Below are positions 63,410 to 64,000 of a DNA stretch of 64,000 nucleotides, in pieces. Location of the stretch: positions 1,792,001-1,856,000 of the forward strand of contig OY970355.1 of NCBI GenBank assembly GCA_963718525.1. The letters are read 5' to 3'. Positions within the stretch are counted from its first letter, which is position 1, and each line of letters begins with the position of its first letter. The DNA is from Candidatus Dormiibacterota bacterium (GTDB taxonomy: Bacteria; Chloroflexota; Dormibacteria; Aeolococcales; Aeolococcaceae). The notes beneath the pieces are model-generated. The model saw nothing but the letters and a program-made list of their open reading frames with translations, had not been told where the DNA came from and made no database searches. The position numbers were made by a program, and so were the translations under genes.

Positions 63410-64000
63410 ATGGATTTTGCGGAGACGCACAGAGTGCGTGAGCTCAGCGAGAAGGTGTGGCGATTCATGGACGAGCGCGTCCGCCCCGCCGAGGACGAAT
63501 ACTGGCGCGGCTTCTCGGCCGAGACGATCCCCCAGCGGATCTCGCCGGTCATGGAGGAGTTGAAGACCGAGGCGCGCCGTCGCGGCCTCTGGAACCTCTT
63601 TCTGCCCGACAAGCGGTTCGGCCCCGGGCTCACCAACCTCGAGTACGGCGCGCTGGCGGAGATCATGGGGTGGAGCGCCATCGCTTCGGAGGCGATGAAC
63701 TGCTCGGCGCCCGACACGGGAAACATGGAGGTGCTCGCGCAGTTCGGCACGCGGGAGCAGCAGGATTCGTGGTTGCAGCCTCTGCTTGCCGGCGAGATCC
63801 GGTCGTGCATCGGCATGACCGAACCCGAGGTGGCGAGCTCGGATCCCACGCAACTGGCAACGCGGATCGATCGCGACGGTAATGATTACGTCATCAATGG
63901 CCATAAGTGGTTCACCAGCGGGGCGGCGCATCCGCTCGCGAGGGTGATCCTGCTGATCGGTGTGACCGATCCTGACGCGGAACGGCATGCGCGGCACACC
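63410..64000 (+). CDS. Acyl-CoA dehydrogenase (ACAD10/11-like), partial
   Basis: GLWNLFLP, NCSAPDTGNMEVL, MTEPEVASSD, NGHKWFTSG; runs off window. Confidence 0.92.
   Translation, partial: MDFAETHRVRELSEKVWRFMDERVRPAEDEYWRGFSAETIPQRISPVMEELKTEARRRGLWNLFLPDKRFGPGLTNLEYGALAEIMGWSAIASEAMNCSAPDTGNMEVLAQFGTREQQDSWLQPLLAGEIRSCIGMTEPEVASSDPTQLATRIDRDGNDYVINGHKWFTSGAAHPLARVILLIGVTDPDAERHARHT

Overview
High-GC bacterial DNA. The gene content (sortase plus LPXTG protein, DUF4012, rpmE-DUF1385-prfA-prmC-tsaC-glyA-wecA-atp order) suggests a monoderm Terrabacteria lineage such as Dormibacterota, Chloroflexota or Actinomycetota; this is inference, not a classification. Three zones are visible. (1) About 1-36 kb is a Wzx/Wzy surface-polysaccharide locus. 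It has a bacillosamine-type core (two PglF/CapD dehydratases, a phosphoglycosyltransferase, a DegT aminotransferase, a PglD/NeuD-like acyltransferase), GT2/GT4 transferases, Wzc, DUF4012, and a sortase with an LPPTG substrate. Between the aminotransferase and the acyltransferase sits a tightly packed acyl-building cassette: two SDRs, a two-subunit transketolase, an ACP, an AMP-ligase, LuxE-like and LuxC-like genes; AcpS follows the acyltransferase. This is the best candidate for an undescribed system, a sugar-derived acyl group loaded on ACP and transferred to a glycan amino sugar. The middle of the locus holds several decayed genes and an IS3 remnant. (2) About 36-49 kb holds secreted Cys-rich proteins, an RHH-like/HtrA pair, a radical SAM gene, rpmE, and a two-gene block (STAND ATPase-TPR plus a 14-bladed propeller with 13 Cx7C loops) between rpmE and DUF1385. 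(3) About 49-64 kb is housekeeping: translation genes, glyA, wecA-like, a complete F1Fo operon with a mycobacterial-like c subunit, then an APH-kinase/acyl-CoA dehydrogenase pair that runs off the window. Three otherwise intact genes carry single extra bases that may be sequencing errors. Start codons are judged by eye; no searches were run.
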